This document shows positions 35,992 through 50,863 of a stretch of 64,000 bases of DNA, in pieces (the first letter of the stretch is position 1; every line of letters begins with the position of its first letter). Source of the DNA: Oculina patagonica. Taxonomy: Eukaryota. The stretch covers positions 18,972,001 through 19,036,000 of the forward strand of contig NC_135758.1 of NCBI RefSeq assembly GCF_052425735.1, in the 5' to 3' direction. Both the position numbers and the translations under genes were made by a program. Under the pieces are notes generated by a model, which saw nothing but the letters and a program-made list of their open reading frames with translations, did no database searches and was not told where the DNA came from.

Positions 35992-36782
35992 TAATGCACT
36001 TATCAATGTTAAGCCCGAGAAGGGGGGGGGGGGCAGATGTGGGGCATTTGACTTTTCAGACGAATTTTTGGTCAAAATCCCCTTCCTAGGGCCCGAAAAA
36101 TGAGTCAAATCAGATTAAATTCCCCCACTTTGGGCAAAGAATAACCCTTTAAGCATCGCATTTGTTGTGTTTATTTTGTGAATGGTTGATATAAATTGCC
36201 AAGTTTGGTAATTTCCTCTAAGGCTTTTTGACCCGTTTCCATATTCAGAGGGAAATATTATAAAGAAATCTATTATTTTGACCGTTCATTTTTACTTTTT
36301 AGTTCCTTATGAGATAAAATGCGAGATTGCCACTGTAATTTAAATGCTAGCGCGACTTTGAACGGAATGTTTGACGAGTTTGCTTCACCGTCTTTGATGA
36401 GTCTCTTGGCAGAGACGAGATGTGTGTCGGACTAGCCACTTTCATTTTTAATCCTTTTAACATGGAAAATTAACTGTAGTTATAAGTGGAACGAATAAAC
36501 AGCTTACGATACAAGATGCTAGAGTCCTTCTTGTCTATGAACAATTAAAGCTAATGGATGTGTCATTCAAGCAAAGAGAACTCCTGCCATCGCACATTGG
36601 CGAACACACGTGAAGAGGCGATTAGGTCTTATTCCTCCTCGCAAAAAATCAAACGTCCCTACCCTGGGGCCCGGACTCTTAGTCAAAATTCCGAGGGAAG
36701 GCAATACCGGTCAAATGCCCCACATCTGCCCCCCCCCCCCCCCACCCCCCCCCCCTCGGGCTTAACATTGATAAGTGCATAA
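35992..36782. mobile_element. Non-autonomous TIR element
   Basis: TIRs ATGCACTTATCAATGTTAAGCCCGAG...GGGCAGATGTGGGGCATTTGAC and their reverse complement at 36710-36782. No TSD identified. Confidence 0.8.
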
Positions 36783-37500
36783 ACACTGGGAAAGACTAGA
36801 GGTTTGTTTACTTATTATTTACTCATTCGGCGACTTATTTCGTTTTCTTTCTTTAATATTCTCGAATTACGTCAGTTATTGAGTGGGTGGAAAGCTAAGG
36901 AATGTAATAACTGCCCAACTTTTGTTTAGAATTTCTAAACGAAATATCTGATTATTTAAAAATATTAACACGCGTTCTCATAAAGTTTATACTTAAAAAG
37001 TATAAAAAGGCTATTCAAAAATATTCTCCACCGGTATTGAACCGCTGGCAAAATTTTAATTCGTTTCTACTTCTTCAAAGACTGACAATACAAGCTCGAG
37101 CAGTCTAAAGCTGTTTTATTTGAACTTTTACCTAAAGAACCAAATTAAATTGGGTTAAATGCCCTGTGCAAGACCAACAGACTGTAAAACACCGCTTTAA
37201 AAATCGACTCCGCGCGCTTTCTTTAAAGCCAGGGAAAAGCTTTTGTAATTACAGTGTCTTTGAATAGAGCGCCTCTGTGTAAATATGTACTTAGATTTAA
37301 ATGGACATTTCACGCTATAACATTCCAAGGTTGTACCTCAACACAGCACACTGCATTAGCGAGTAGCGAGCGGAGAGCGAGCTTTTCTGTCTGCGGAAAT
37401 CTGCAGCAAGCAGAAATCACATTGAAAGCTGCTAACAAACTCAATAACGCTCCAACCCTAGGGAGAAAACAATAAGGTTGGAATCTAAGTTGGTCGCACA

Positions 37501-40500
37501 ATGAAGTGTGAAAAGTATATGATTCTAACAGTGCTCATGTTAGTCTGTTTAATCGACGAGATGGCTTCGGAACCGCGATGGGCGTGGGGCCGGCGACGCC
37601 GAAGTTGTCAGAAAACCAATTGCGTCCCGGGACCTTGGTCTGCTTGGAGCTCATGCTCGGCTACATGTGGCCCACACGGAGCACAGTATACACGCCGCTC
37701 GATAAAAGTGCCTGCAAAGTGCGGAGGAAGTTGCCTGGTGACCACTCATGGAGGCCGGGCTTGCAATCGGTTTTGCCTGAATGGTGGTACGCTAATACGT
37801 ACAAGTTGCCACTGCAAGTATGGATACAGCGGGGTTTGCTGTGAGAAAGGTGAGTTTTGAAACGATTTGCGTTTAGTGATTTTTATTTATTTCATGAATA
37901 AGGTTGGGAAGTCGAAGAAGTTTTAATCGCTGCTTCGGAGTAACTTAATTTTTAACCCTTACTAAAAATTTCAGGCTGTTCTCCACGGTGTGAAACAAGT
38001 ACCCGAAAATATTTAGTCACACGATTCGTGAGATGCCACTATTTTCAAATCATCCCACCCTCCAGTATAAAAAGCTCCGCAATTTCTTTTTGACTTAAAT
38101 TTATTCAAATCCAAGCTGAAAATATTCTGAATTGCAGTTATTATTTGCTCGAGATTATCAGTGTCAGACGCTTGGATTAGTAGGAGGGAAGGGTCAAATG
38201 GGAAAAAAATTGGAATCGAGAAAGGATGTGTTTAGCTGGACCAAACTCAATGAGACACAGATCGTAGGGAAGATATAGAGAACTAAATACCATCCCGTTA
38301 AACTAGAACATTCCCGACAATTGTTTTTATCATAATACCTTTTGTTGACATTGCTTTAGTTGAAACAAAGCACTTTCCTACTAAATAACACAACCGCAAA
38401 AGGCTTAATTTACAAACTGAAGTATGGAACTTAGTAAAAATGTCACACCAGTGCAAAGTGCGGGAAAACACACGTACGGCGAATCGAGATTGCTTTTGCT
38501 TTTGCATGTTGTTCTTATTGGTTAGAGTACCTTGTACGACTGTTCTAAAACACAGTATTTAACTATTGAACTTCGCCTCTTATTTCTTTTTTTGGACTTT
38601 GAGTTGCCAGTGAGGTCGGGACAGTGAGGTCTAATCCGGATAAATTTGTAAACGCATCTTTTTTCCTCCGGACCGGATAGGCCAACCGTCCACACTAAAA
38701 CGGCGTTTTCGTTCACCGAAACGGAGCTTTTCGAAAACGGTTTCCAAAGTGGAGCAATTCGAAAACGCCGGCTAGGTGATGTAGTGTGGACGGCGAATAT
38801 AAATGAATACGTTGACGTTAATTGGTCATGTGATCTCTGTAAAAAACAAAAGGTTTAGTAAGCATTACAACAGCCTCGTGCCTAGCAACATTGCGTGCGA
38901 TGTAGCAAATCGTTTTCGAATTTATCCGGAGTACGGAAATTATTTTATCCGTTTTCGAGATTAGTGTGGACGGGGTCTTAGAAAGGTGTCCGCTTTATAG
39001 GGAGTTTAGCTACAGTAAAATGACTGAAAAACGGCAGGTATGGGACCAACCCCAAGGGTCCGTCTTATAGAGGTGTCCGTTAAGAGAGAGAGTTGATAGT
39101 AAAATTACTAATGCAAAAGCCTGTCTGGTATTAGAGGTATTGCAACCGAAAAAGTTGCTTTCCCACAATCAAAATACCTGGAAGATCCCATAATAACAGA
39201 ACTTGAAAAAGGCGCACAAGCTGATATATCTTTTATTGTAGGCTCTGGAGGCTGGTCCAGCTGGGGAGAATGGTGTCCATGTTCCAAGACTTGTGGCAGG
39301 GGGTCACAAAACCGCAAACGCACCTGTAACAAGCCGGGCGGGGTCAGCTGCCCGGGCTCCCCCACGGAATACAGGTCATGTCTGGTAAAGCAGTGTAACA
39401 TAGGTAAGTATCTCTGTTCAACTATAACTAACCAGCTATCTTACCACTCAGCTATAACTAAATAACTAACGAAGAAAAAATGCAAGGCTGATTTAATTGT
39501 TTGGTACTATATTTAAATTCCAATACAGTATTTCCGAAGGCACGGCCTTCACTTCTCAAGACCCAGAAGAAGGAAGGCAGTGCCTTCGGAAATATTAAAA
39601 TTCAAATATAGTATCAAACCGTTAAATTAGCCTTGCATTTTTTTTCGTTCATAATTTATACTCGTTTACAAGTCGTGATCCTTGACATATGTCCAGTTGG
39701 AACTTGGGAGAAAGGAATTCTGACTATCATTTGATCCATGGCTTCTATTTCTATTTGAAGTGAATGGTGGATGGTCTAACTGGGGTGCTTGGGGCACATG
39801 CTCCAAAACTTGTGGTAGCGGATTCCAGTACAGCAGGAGATACTGTAACAATCCAACTCCGGGATACGGTGGAAAGATGTGTGTTGGAGAGAGCATAAGA
39901 ACACGCGCCTGCTCTGTCGGATCCTGCAAAAAAGGTTTGGTTCATTTCCTTTAGTGTACAGTCAACTTCCTCTAAAACGGACGCCGTCGGGACCGGTTCC
40001 GACTGTACGTCTTAGAGAGGTGTCCGTCTTATAGGGAGTTTAGTTACGGTAAAATAACTGAAAAACGGCAGGGATGGAACCAACACCAGTGTCCGTCTTG
40101 AAAAGGTGTCCATCTCAGAGAGGTATCCGTTAAGAGAGAGTTGACTGTACTCTTACTGCAAGACAACTCCTTTATAAACAGGTGTGACTTTAGAGTGGTA
40201 CAAGTTCATCTGAGCGCCATAAATGCTTCACCAGTACAAGTTATACAAGAGCGCTTTAATCTGACTTGAGTGTCGAAAGGTTTTGCATTACTACGTTAAG
40301 CTTCTGGTTTAAAAAATCGGATGTGGAGCCAAAACCAACCGTGACGAACGCGCACGCGTTTTCCCGCGCTTCGAGTGGGCTACATGTATTGGTTTCGAGT
40401 TTTCATTAGATTAATGCAATTACTGGATTAACTGTGTCGTTTAAGATTGGCCAGCGCGATCATTTTGCTTGTAGACTGTTCACAGCCCTCTATTTTTTCG

Positions 40501-43500
40501 TAATTTTGTTCGATCGTTGAACGCGGCAAAAACAGCGAGTGAACTGGACGCCAGCGCAAAACGGGACGCGCGAGGGGTGCTTCGCACTCGCGTCCGCTTC
40601 GCTGTTTCTCGCGCGCGCTCTTTTGCTTTAAAAATAGAAAGAATGTGAACAGTCTACTTTTCTTTTACAACACTCACTTAAAAAAAGGCTCTAGCAGACA
40701 TTTATCGCGGTATAAATCTACAAAGTAAGGAGAATTTATTTCCAAGCTGGGACTGAAATTCGACTGAAATGGCTTACCTTATTTTATATCTACCCTCTCT
40801 CTCTCATATGTCCAAACTGATCTTCTAATCTCTCCTCTCTTATTCTCCACCAGATGGCGGCTGGTCTTCGTGGTCAAGCTGGGGACAATGTACGGGATCT
40901 TGTGGGACGGGTCTACAGACAAGAAAGCGGACATGCACAAACCCGCCACCCGGCTATGGCGGGAAGAAATGTGCGGGACGTGCTGAAGAGCATAAGAACT
41001 GTCTGCTGAAACGATGCCCAAGTAAATGCCTCTGTTAACTATTTAATTAAGTAATTAATTAATTAAATAATTCATTAATTAATACTAACTTAATTTACTG
41101 AAAATGAATGAGAGGGCAGTGGAGACTCCAGGGACGGAGAGCTCGGAGACTCCACCTCCCCCCTCCTAAAGTTTCGTTGTAATCGCCCTCCCCCCCCCCA
41201 CACACACACACACACATACTCCCTCCTGAAACTAGAAAGGACTCAAGTTCACTCGGAACCTCCTTCTTTGAACGAGACGTACTGTGTCATGGTGTATTGC
41301 AATTCCTGAGTTTGATTGGTTGACAGACAATGGTTTATGAGCTCATATATCATTGACCACAAGTATGATAGCCGAAACGCGTCAACGAAAAAAGCTGGGG
41401 AGCTCAAATAGTGCAATTCTTTGGTAGTTTTAAGAAAACAACGAGGCGCGTAGCGCCGATTTGGCTATCTTCCATCTCATATCCAAAGCACGCTCCTGGA
41501 ATAATTGTTAAATATACACTTAACATTTGCCAACATTTGTTTTTGTTGTTTGCAGTAACTGGACGCTGGAGTCCATGGAGCAAATGGCGCGCATGCTCTA
41601 AGCCGTGTGGCACTGGGTCACAGTATCGCACAAGGACGTGCACCAGGCCTCCCCCGGCGTACGGTGGTAAACACTGTACAGGGCCGAACAGACAGACTAG
41701 GGAATGCAACAAACATATATGCCCTGGTACGTAACCGATGCTGAGTTCTGAAGATGTGCTTTTCGTTTTCCTTCCATCGCTCCAGTCATAAACAATCACT
41801 GCTTGTCGTTTTTGCACTTTAAATTAAAACCCCGATTAATCGAGCCTCCAAGGAAAATTTCCATGGTATGCGATAACTTTTAAACAGGGTACGTGCCTTT
41901 GCGTTTCTTAACGTTCTCTCGTTCTGGTAAGCCTTATAAAGCATGAACATTCATAAAAAGCGCCAAAGCAGGGATCAAGCGGGGCGTTTCTGTGGCCATC
42001 ATTATCGTTTTTCCCATGTTTTACATTTTGGAAATTTCAGGATAGGAAACTTCAAGCATAATTCTATTTTTGCCGCTTTATTTCAGTAGGTGTTTGCATT
42101 CTTACGGCAAATAAGCGGGATTAGGCGAATGACTTTCTTTGATTTATCGCAATGTGTTTCTATAATTAGCCAATCTTCAGGTTTTGACATAAGACATAAA
42201 TCCCCAGTTTGCTTTGGAAAATATCCAGTCTGCTGTGTTAATTTGACAAAATAGGCTGAAACAATCAACCCCTAGATTTTAGCTCCACCCGAGCTCCAGC
42301 GACTTCTTCTGCATTTTCAGTGCATGGTGGCTGGTCCAACTGGGGTAACTGGGGCACATGCACGAAAACTTGTGGAAATGGAAAGCAGTACAGCAGGCGA
42401 CGCTGTGACAATCCCGCGCCAAAATACGGCGGCAAGAAATGCTATGGAACAGACGTCAGGACACGAGCATGTAACGTAAGACCCTGTCCAGGTAAACTGA
42501 TACACAACATGGACAGTTCTAGTCCACTCCCCGGACTCTCCCCTCCCCTGGAAGAGAGAGTTCAGGGACGGGACTAGAACAGGGCTATTTTGAAGACAGT
42601 GAAGTATCCAAAGAAATCGCTTAAAAGAAGTTATTAGACAGTTTCAATTTGAGAATGAAACACTGTAGAAAGGAAGTCAAAGTGCATGCAGAAATAGCCT
42701 GCGTAGCAGATGGGATTTCGCGTACGAGTGCCTTTGTTTTGGTCAACTCGAGCGGCGAAGCTGTGAGAGGATTCCGTCATTCGTGAGGAGTCACTCGTGG
42801 CTTCGCTGCTCATCCGCGACTTCACTCGCACCCCCCTAATCCCGCCAGCTACGCAGGTTAATACAGAAACTATTCATAGAATTAACAGGTCATAAAAGTA
42901 AAATAACGTTGATTTAGGAGCGAGAAGATTCAGGTTGGAATTTGCTAAAGCGTCCTTGCTATGGTTATGAAAACGGCTGGCGAAATTAATTGTGAAATTA
43001 CCTTAAGATGATGTAAAAGCAAAGTTGAAAGAACACTTTGGACGCTGTTAATCTAGGATTAGAGACGGACCATTTTTTTGGAGAGGGGGAATAAAAAATA
43101 TTGAAAAAAATTGTTTGCAGGGCCTAGAAAGACTGAAAAAGGTGCAGAGGTGCATAAACTAAAAAAAAGTTTGCAGAGGAAAATGTTTCATACCCCCACC
43201 AAGAAAATAATGGTCCGTCCCTTAAAGGGACTATGTCACGGAGATTTCGCAGAGTTTTGGTCTTAACTGTTCTGAAATTAGTGGAAGGCAACTAAACCCT
43301 TAAAAAACAATATCTTTGAACAACTAAAAGAAGATATAATCATAATTTGCGGAGAGAAATCAAGCTAAGGCTACAAACATCGATATTTTGAAGACGCGCG
43401 GAAACAATTTGAAATTGTTTGCCTAACGTTTTCAAATTGCAATCCGTTTCCATCCGCGCCATCCGCAGCCAACAATGCTAGTTAACAGTTTCAGTGCTCT

Positions 43501-46500
43501 AATATAGTAATTTTTAATAAAAATGGACTATCATTTCTAGGTTTCATGCGACACAAATACAAATTTTGGCTGTCCAAAAATCTGGTAAAATCCGTGACAT
43601 AGTCCCTTTAAAGTATGGTTAGTAGCTGACCAATCACAAATGACTTTCTTTATAGTAAACGGCCGCTGGACACGATGGGCGGCATGGTCCGCGTGCACAA
43701 AGACTTGTGGGACTGGGAGCCAAGTGCGCCGACGAACCTGTACCAATCCCCCGCCAAAACATGGAGGGAAGTGCAATGGGCCGAGTGCTCAAACGAAGTA
43801 TTGTGTGAAGCAGAAATGCCCAAGTTAGTAGTAAAAATTTGATTTATAAACCATTACATAAATACAAACCTAATTGAAGTTATGCACATTTTTACTTTTT
43901 TCTGTGGCAAATAGCCACCTACAACAGCTGAATAAAATTACAAAGTTTTGTTTTATTTGGGTGAGCTTTCAAGTAATATATCAAACACGAACGACAGTGT
44001 TCATCGGGATATCCAAACACCAAGAAGAGAGTTGAAAATACAACGCGCAGCGGAGAATTTTTGACGAATTTCAAGGTGTTTGGAAAGCCGATGGAACACT
44101 GTCTCAAGTCTTTGATCTATGTTTTTAATCGAAACAAAAACTACGGAGTAAACGGAGAAATACAATCGTAAAAATCTATGCTAATTAAGACCGGGTATCC
44201 AAACCTCCTTCACGGTTAAGATTTTCTTTTTTATAACTTGATGAATTATTAATGAGTTTGAGAAAGTTGTTTGAAAACTTATGTTGCTTTTCTGCGTTTT
44301 CTACAGCAAATGGCGGTTGGGGTTCGTGGGGCAAATGGGGCGCATGCTCTAAGACATGTGGCACTGGAACACAGTACCGCAGTCGGTACTGCAATAAACC
44401 AAGACCAGCATATGGAGGCAAGACCTGTCCTGGACAAAACAGAGAGTCCAGGAGATGCAGAACAAATCCTTGCCCAGGTACACATACATTTAACAAACGA
44501 TAAACTAACTTTTTTGTATATTTTATTAGTGGCGTAGAAAATATTAAGGTATCGGAAGGGCCTTTTGGTCAATCATGCACATCGGCATGGTGCAAGAACA
44601 ATTCTTTATGATACTTTGTTCACTTTGTTTTAAAAGCGCGCGTAGCTTTGCTCGGAGAACTATTCAAGTGCTACTTACATGATTTTGTTTGTTTTTCAGA
44701 GTTCGTGTTTCATAAAAAAAAACATTCATTTTTCCTTCTTTTGTTTGCAGTAAACGGTCGCTGGTCACAGTGGGGAGACTGGTGCAAGTGCTCCAAGACG
44801 TGTGGGACTGGAAACCAGAATCGAAAGCGAACCTGTTCCAACCCCCCGCCTCAACATGGAGGGAAGCAGTGCAAAGGACCTAGTGAACAGACCAAGTCTT
44901 GTCTTTTAAAGCAGTGTCCTGGTTAGAATTTTCAATTTATAATGTTAAACTTTCACCGTTACAACCATGGCGTTCGTGTGTAACATTCTCATCTCGATAG
45001 ACCTTTCGTTTCTTCTTTAGACGACTTCCAATTTTTTTTATTCAGTTGTGCGTATGTGTTGCTCCAGCCGATCGGAGCGACGACGCGATGCTGCCTTGTC
45101 AGCCAATCAGATACAAAAGCCAACACCAATTGTGACTTGCTAGGCGCTTTTTCTCCGCTTGGCATTGGCTACACGTATCTGCTTCAAATTGTGGCTGGTT
45201 ACTACACTAACTTTGCTTACGCGCGTTTCTCTTGTGCTTGCACTGGTTGCATGTTAGCTTCGATATTCTAATTAATCTGTTGTACTTTGTGCAATCGCAG
45301 CTATTGGCTATGGAAAAACTTTGTTTTACCTTCAAAGTAACCATTATGACCCAGTGGCCTTGAGTTTTATCTTAGCCAAAACAATTTTCTTTCCTGATCT
45401 CACAGTGCCTCATGATAAAACAAAAAGGTTTTTTAGTGGAGGTGGTTGATTCTTTTTTTAAGAAAGAGAAAAATAAACAGTTTAAGCAATTGTGTGTCAA
45501 GTTCACAAAACCACCAACACAGCAGCTATTAAAAGCAGCTTCGTTTAAGTTAACTCTGACGTTCTTTTGCCCGTGGTTCTTATTTTTCAGCGTACGGTGG
45601 CTGGGGTTCCTGGGGTAAATGGTCAGCTTGCTCCAAAACCTGTGGCACAGGAACACAGAACCGCAAACGAAAATGCGAAGGTTACAGCGGAAACTGTGCT
45701 GGATCAAATGAAGAGACTCGCCATTGTAACACACAGAAATGTCCCGGTAAGTCAAGAATGTTACCGTATTTCCTCGGTTTAGGAAAAGCGGCTCTTATTC
45801 AACTATCTTCCCTGGTTGTTTTGTTCGGTCTAAATGCAATGAAAACACAATTATTTTTTTCTTCTTCTCTAGCTGCAGTTGTTGACGGTGGCTGGGGAGA
45901 CTGGAGCGACTGGAGCGCATGCAGTGAGTCGTGTGGGCCTGGTTCTAGTATCAGGAGCAGGCAATGCAATAATCCGGCCCCAGGTCCCGGCGGAAAACCA
46001 TGTACTGGACATCCAGTGTCGAGCAAATCTTGTAATGAAGGATCGTGTCCTGGTACGTATTAATCTCTATTTTCTTCATTCTCTTCTCGCCAGCTTTTTA
46101 AAAGTTATCTGCCTCAAAGATCACAGTATAGTACAATATGCTAGTATGAAAACAGAGGCCTAAAATAAGAAATCGAAATGTTCATGCATTAAGCAACAGA
46201 AAAGTTTCAGTTCCGTGTTGGGTAAAGGTTAATGGTAATAAGAACACTTCTCTTTTTCTTTTCTTTTTTCAGTTGACGGTGGCTGGGGAGACTGGAGCGA
46301 CTGGAGTGCATGCAGTGTGTCGTGTGGGCCTGGTTCTAGTATCAGGAGCAGGAAATGCAATAATCCAGCCCCGAGTTCCGGTGGCAAACAGTGTACAGGA
46401 CTTCCGGTTTCGAGCAAGTCTTGTAATGAAGGATCATGTCCTGGTATGTAAAGAGCTAGGTTTATGTTAGTTGTTAAAACAGTCCGAAATACTGTAGAAC

Positions 46501-49500
46501 CGCTAGTCATGGAAGAGCAGAAATCTTCTCTTTGTTCAGAGCTGAGGCCCCACACTTAGGTGGCTGGCTGTTTGTTTTTAAAGAACTTGAAATCACAAAG
46601 AAATTATGTGTGTTTAGTGTCATACGGCTTCAACGGTGGGGTACTCGGTGTACAGGTTGCCCTGTTAAAGGATAGTGAACTCGATAAGTTCTGTTTTAAT
46701 TACTGTAGTAATTATGTTAGTCCTGCGTAAGGTTCAGGTATACGTGTTAATTATCAATGGCTATTGTCCACTTTATTATTTGTTCCTGTTTTTTTCGTAC
46801 AAGTTGTTTATATTGTTCATAATAGGTGTATTATTAGTGTCTCTATTTAATGGCTGCTATGTTTTGATTGAGTGGATTCTAAAGCAGGGTAATTGTTTTC
46901 ACCATCACACTTCTTAAATATATGTTCTTTGAACGTTAGAGGTTTATCAGGGGAAGCCAAACGTCGAGAAACTTTCAAATGGCTAAGAGAGAAAAATTTC
47001 CAAGTTTTCTTTTTGCAAGAAGTGCACTGCACAAATGAAAAACGAGACCTGTGGCAAAACGAATGGGGCTATAAAGCACTCTTCGGGTGCGACAGTAGTC
47101 GAAAAGCCGGTGTGGCTATTCTATTTAAAAACAATTTCGATTTCATATTAAACAAGGAATATATTGATCCAGGAGGCCGCTTCATTATCCTAGATATTAA
47201 AGCCGCCAACCTGAGTTTCACGTTAGTTAATCTGTACGCTCCAAACAAGGATGACCCTAGTTTCTTTCAAAATATTACAAATCGAATGCGTGATTTTGAT
47301 TGCGACAATATTGTCATAGGCGGAGACTTTAATTTGGTGTTAAATGTAGAGTTAGACAAACAAGGAGGCAACGCTAACACCTATCATAAGAAGGCTTTGG
47401 CTGAAATAAGAAAAGTTCAAATAAATCTCGACGTAGGCGATATCTGGCGGGACCGAAATCCGCTCACGACGCGATACACCTGGAGAAGACGCAACCCCGA
47501 AATATCTTGCCGTCTTGATTTTTTCCTGATCAGCTGCGGGCTATATGGCAAAGTAACGAATTCTGACATTACTCCTGGATACAAAACTGACCATTCTATG
47601 ATTACCCTGAGCCTAGGTGTCACTGAAAATCCCAGAGGTCCCGGCTTATGGAAACTGAACACCTCCTTTTTAGGAGATGTAGATTTTACACACCGGGTCA
47701 AAACAGTTATCTCCCAGACATGTGAAGATTACAAAGATGACAACAATGTCGATGATGCTTTGTTATGGGAGATGATTAAACTTAAGGTAAGAGAAGCTTC
47801 AATTTTTTATGGAAAGGAGAAAGCTATTTCCAGACGTAAGGAGGAGGACGATCTGCATGCGAAGGTGGCATACTTGGAGAAAAAAGTTGAAGAACCCATT
47901 CCCCCTCAACTGAAAGAAGAACTTAGTCAACAATTGAGTGAGGCAAAAGAAAGCCTAGAAAAAATCTATGAATATAAAACTAAGGGATCCATCTTGCGGT
48001 CTAAAACTCGGTGGTACAACGAAGGCGAGAAAAACTCAAGCTACTTCTTTAACTTAGAAAAGCGACATTTTAAACGTAAGGTTCTATGCCAACTTCGCCA
48101 AGCTGACAACACAACTTTAACCTCCGATCACGACATCCTTCAAGAATGCGTGAATTTCTATAGTGATTTATATAGTAGTAGAACAATACAAAACAACAAG
48201 GAGGACTTGGATTTCTTCCCAAGAGATAATAGTGTGAGACTTGATGAAGACTGCAAAGACTCCTGCGAAGGCCTTCTAAGTGCCAATGAATGCTTGAGTG
48301 CCCTTAAGACAATGGAATCAAATAAATCCCCAGGCTCAGACGGTTTCCCAGCAGAGTTTTATAAATTCTTTTGGAATGACATCTCTACTCTTTTTGTGAA
48401 TGCAATTAACTGTTCCTTCCAAAAGGGGCTATTATCCGTCACCCAGAGGCAAGGTATAGTTTCTCTTTTACCGAAGAAAGACAAAAACCCCATTCTCCTA
48501 ACAAATTGGAGGCCAATCACTCTTCTGAATTGTGACTACAAAATTGCAGCTAAGGCGATTGGAAATCGAATTGAACGGGTACTTCCAAAAATTATTGACA
48601 ATGACCAGAGCGGCTTCCTAAAAGGACGCTCCATCGCTGAAAATATTTTACTAATTGATGGAATAATAAACTTTGCGGATAATACGAATAAACCCGGTCT
48701 CCTGATGTTTGTAGACTTCGAAAAGGCGTTTGATTCGATCGAGTGGTCTTTTATAGAACGAGCTCTCATACACTTCGGTTTCGGGCCCTCGCTGGTGAAC
48801 TGGTTCAGGCTTTTCTACAAAGATGTCTCCAGCGCCATCCAAAACAACGGTTGGGTCTCAGAGCATTTCATCTTAGGTAGAGGGGTCAGGCAAGGCTGCC
48901 CGATGTCCCCATACTTGTTCATAATAGCAGCTGAGATACTAGCCAATTTTATAAGAAGGGATAAAGACATAAAGGGGTTTGAAACGAATGAAGTAGAACA
49001 CAAACTAAGCCAATATGCCGACGATACAACCTTAATACTCGACGGTTCTGAGGGCTCATTTCTTCGTGCAGTTGCAGTCTTGGACGGATTTCACATAATC
49101 TCTGGGCTCAAGGTGAATTACGAGAAAACAAAAGTGCTATGGGTGGGTTCAGCAAAAGAAAGAGAACCAATAAAATGTGACAAATCGGAAATTTCCTGGG
49201 TGAAAGGAAAAGTATTTGCACTTGGAATTTGGTTTGCAACAGACAGGAAGACAATGCTCCGCTGCAATTACGAGGTAAGGATCAAAAAGATAGAAAGTGT
49301 AATTGAATCATGGCAGTTTAGGAGGCTCAGTTTAATCGGAAAAATTACCATCATTAAAAGTCTCCTGGTTTCCCAACTGGTCTATATTTTAACGCCGCTA
49401 ACCACCTCCGTAGAAGCATTACAAAAAGTCAATAAAATGTTTTTCGATTTTCTCTGGGATGGTAAAGGAGATAAGGTTAAAAGGATATTTATAACCAAAG

Positions 49501-50826
49501 ATTACAAGGACGGCGGCCTAAAAATGATTGATATAAACAAGTTCAATCAATCTCTCAAAGTCTCCTGGATCCAAAAAATACCTGGATCCGACAAATGATG
49601 GGAAATGGAAATTTGTTTTCGAGGACAGTCTTAAAAAGCATGGAGGAAGGGATATTTTCACCTGCAATCTTCACAAAGACGACATCCCCACGTTAGGGGT
49701 CTGTAACCCCTTCGTCCAAGAGGTACTGGAAGCCTGGGCAGAGTTACATTTTACGGATGTCACTGACATCACTGATGTAAATGTTGGTGACCAGATCATC
49801 TGGTACAATTCTCTTATTCGAATAAACGACCGACCCGTTTTCCATAAACATTGGTTCAACCACGGAATTTGCAAAATTTCCCACTTATTGGACGAGAATG
49901 GCACCCTGCTTAGGTACGACGAGCTGAGGATTAAGTTCCCCGAGCTAAAATGGTTTGAATCATTTGCCGTTCTTTCAGCTATAAGGTCATTTATAAGGAA
50001 GCTACATAATCCTCAGACGCCAGACAATAACATTATGAAAGGAGTATCTTTAGCTGATCTTACTTCTAAGAGTAAGATCAATCATTTTGTGTATACCTCT
50101 CTTTTAAAGAGAGAAAAAATCCCACCCATTGGAAGCCAAGTAAAATGGCTGAGAGACCTTCATGTTCAGAACGACTGTGAGGTAGACTGGAAAGTAGCAT
50201 ACACAATTGCTTTTAATTGTACGGCGTCCACCAAATTAAGAACCTTCCATTTTAAATTCTTACATCGGAGGATTGCCACGAATGATTTTCTGCAGAGAAT
50301 CAATCTTATACCTTCAAATAAATGTTGCTTCTGTGCAAAACAAACAGAGACTATCATCCATCTTTTCTTGAACTGTCCCATAACGCAATGTTTTTGGGAA
50401 GATATTAAACAATTTCTCTTTCAAAAGGGCTTTGGGACTGAGTTTGTTCTCACAGATCTCCATTTGATGGGGCTGTTAAGAATCCCGACTAACACAGCCG
50501 TTGATCTTGTGCTTCTAATTGCGAGATATCATCTTTACTCCCGGAAATTAGGCGGAGCGCCTCCTTGTTTGTCTGTTTTCTTGAGTAAGTTGAATTCCAT
50601 TATTCAAATTGAAAAACAAATAGCTTTGCATAGTAATCGTTTGACCGCCTTCACAAACAAGTGGAAGATGTTTCTCTGTTAATCTCCTCTACACTTTTTT
50701 CCCTATAAATTATCTCCATGTTTTATCCGTTTGATTTATCCACCAATCTAGTTTCTGTAAACCAAGTGTTGGTTTAGTTTTTTTTCAAATGTGAAATTTA
50801 TTTATAGATCCGTCTAGCCATTATGT

Positions 50827-50863
<37 letters not shown>

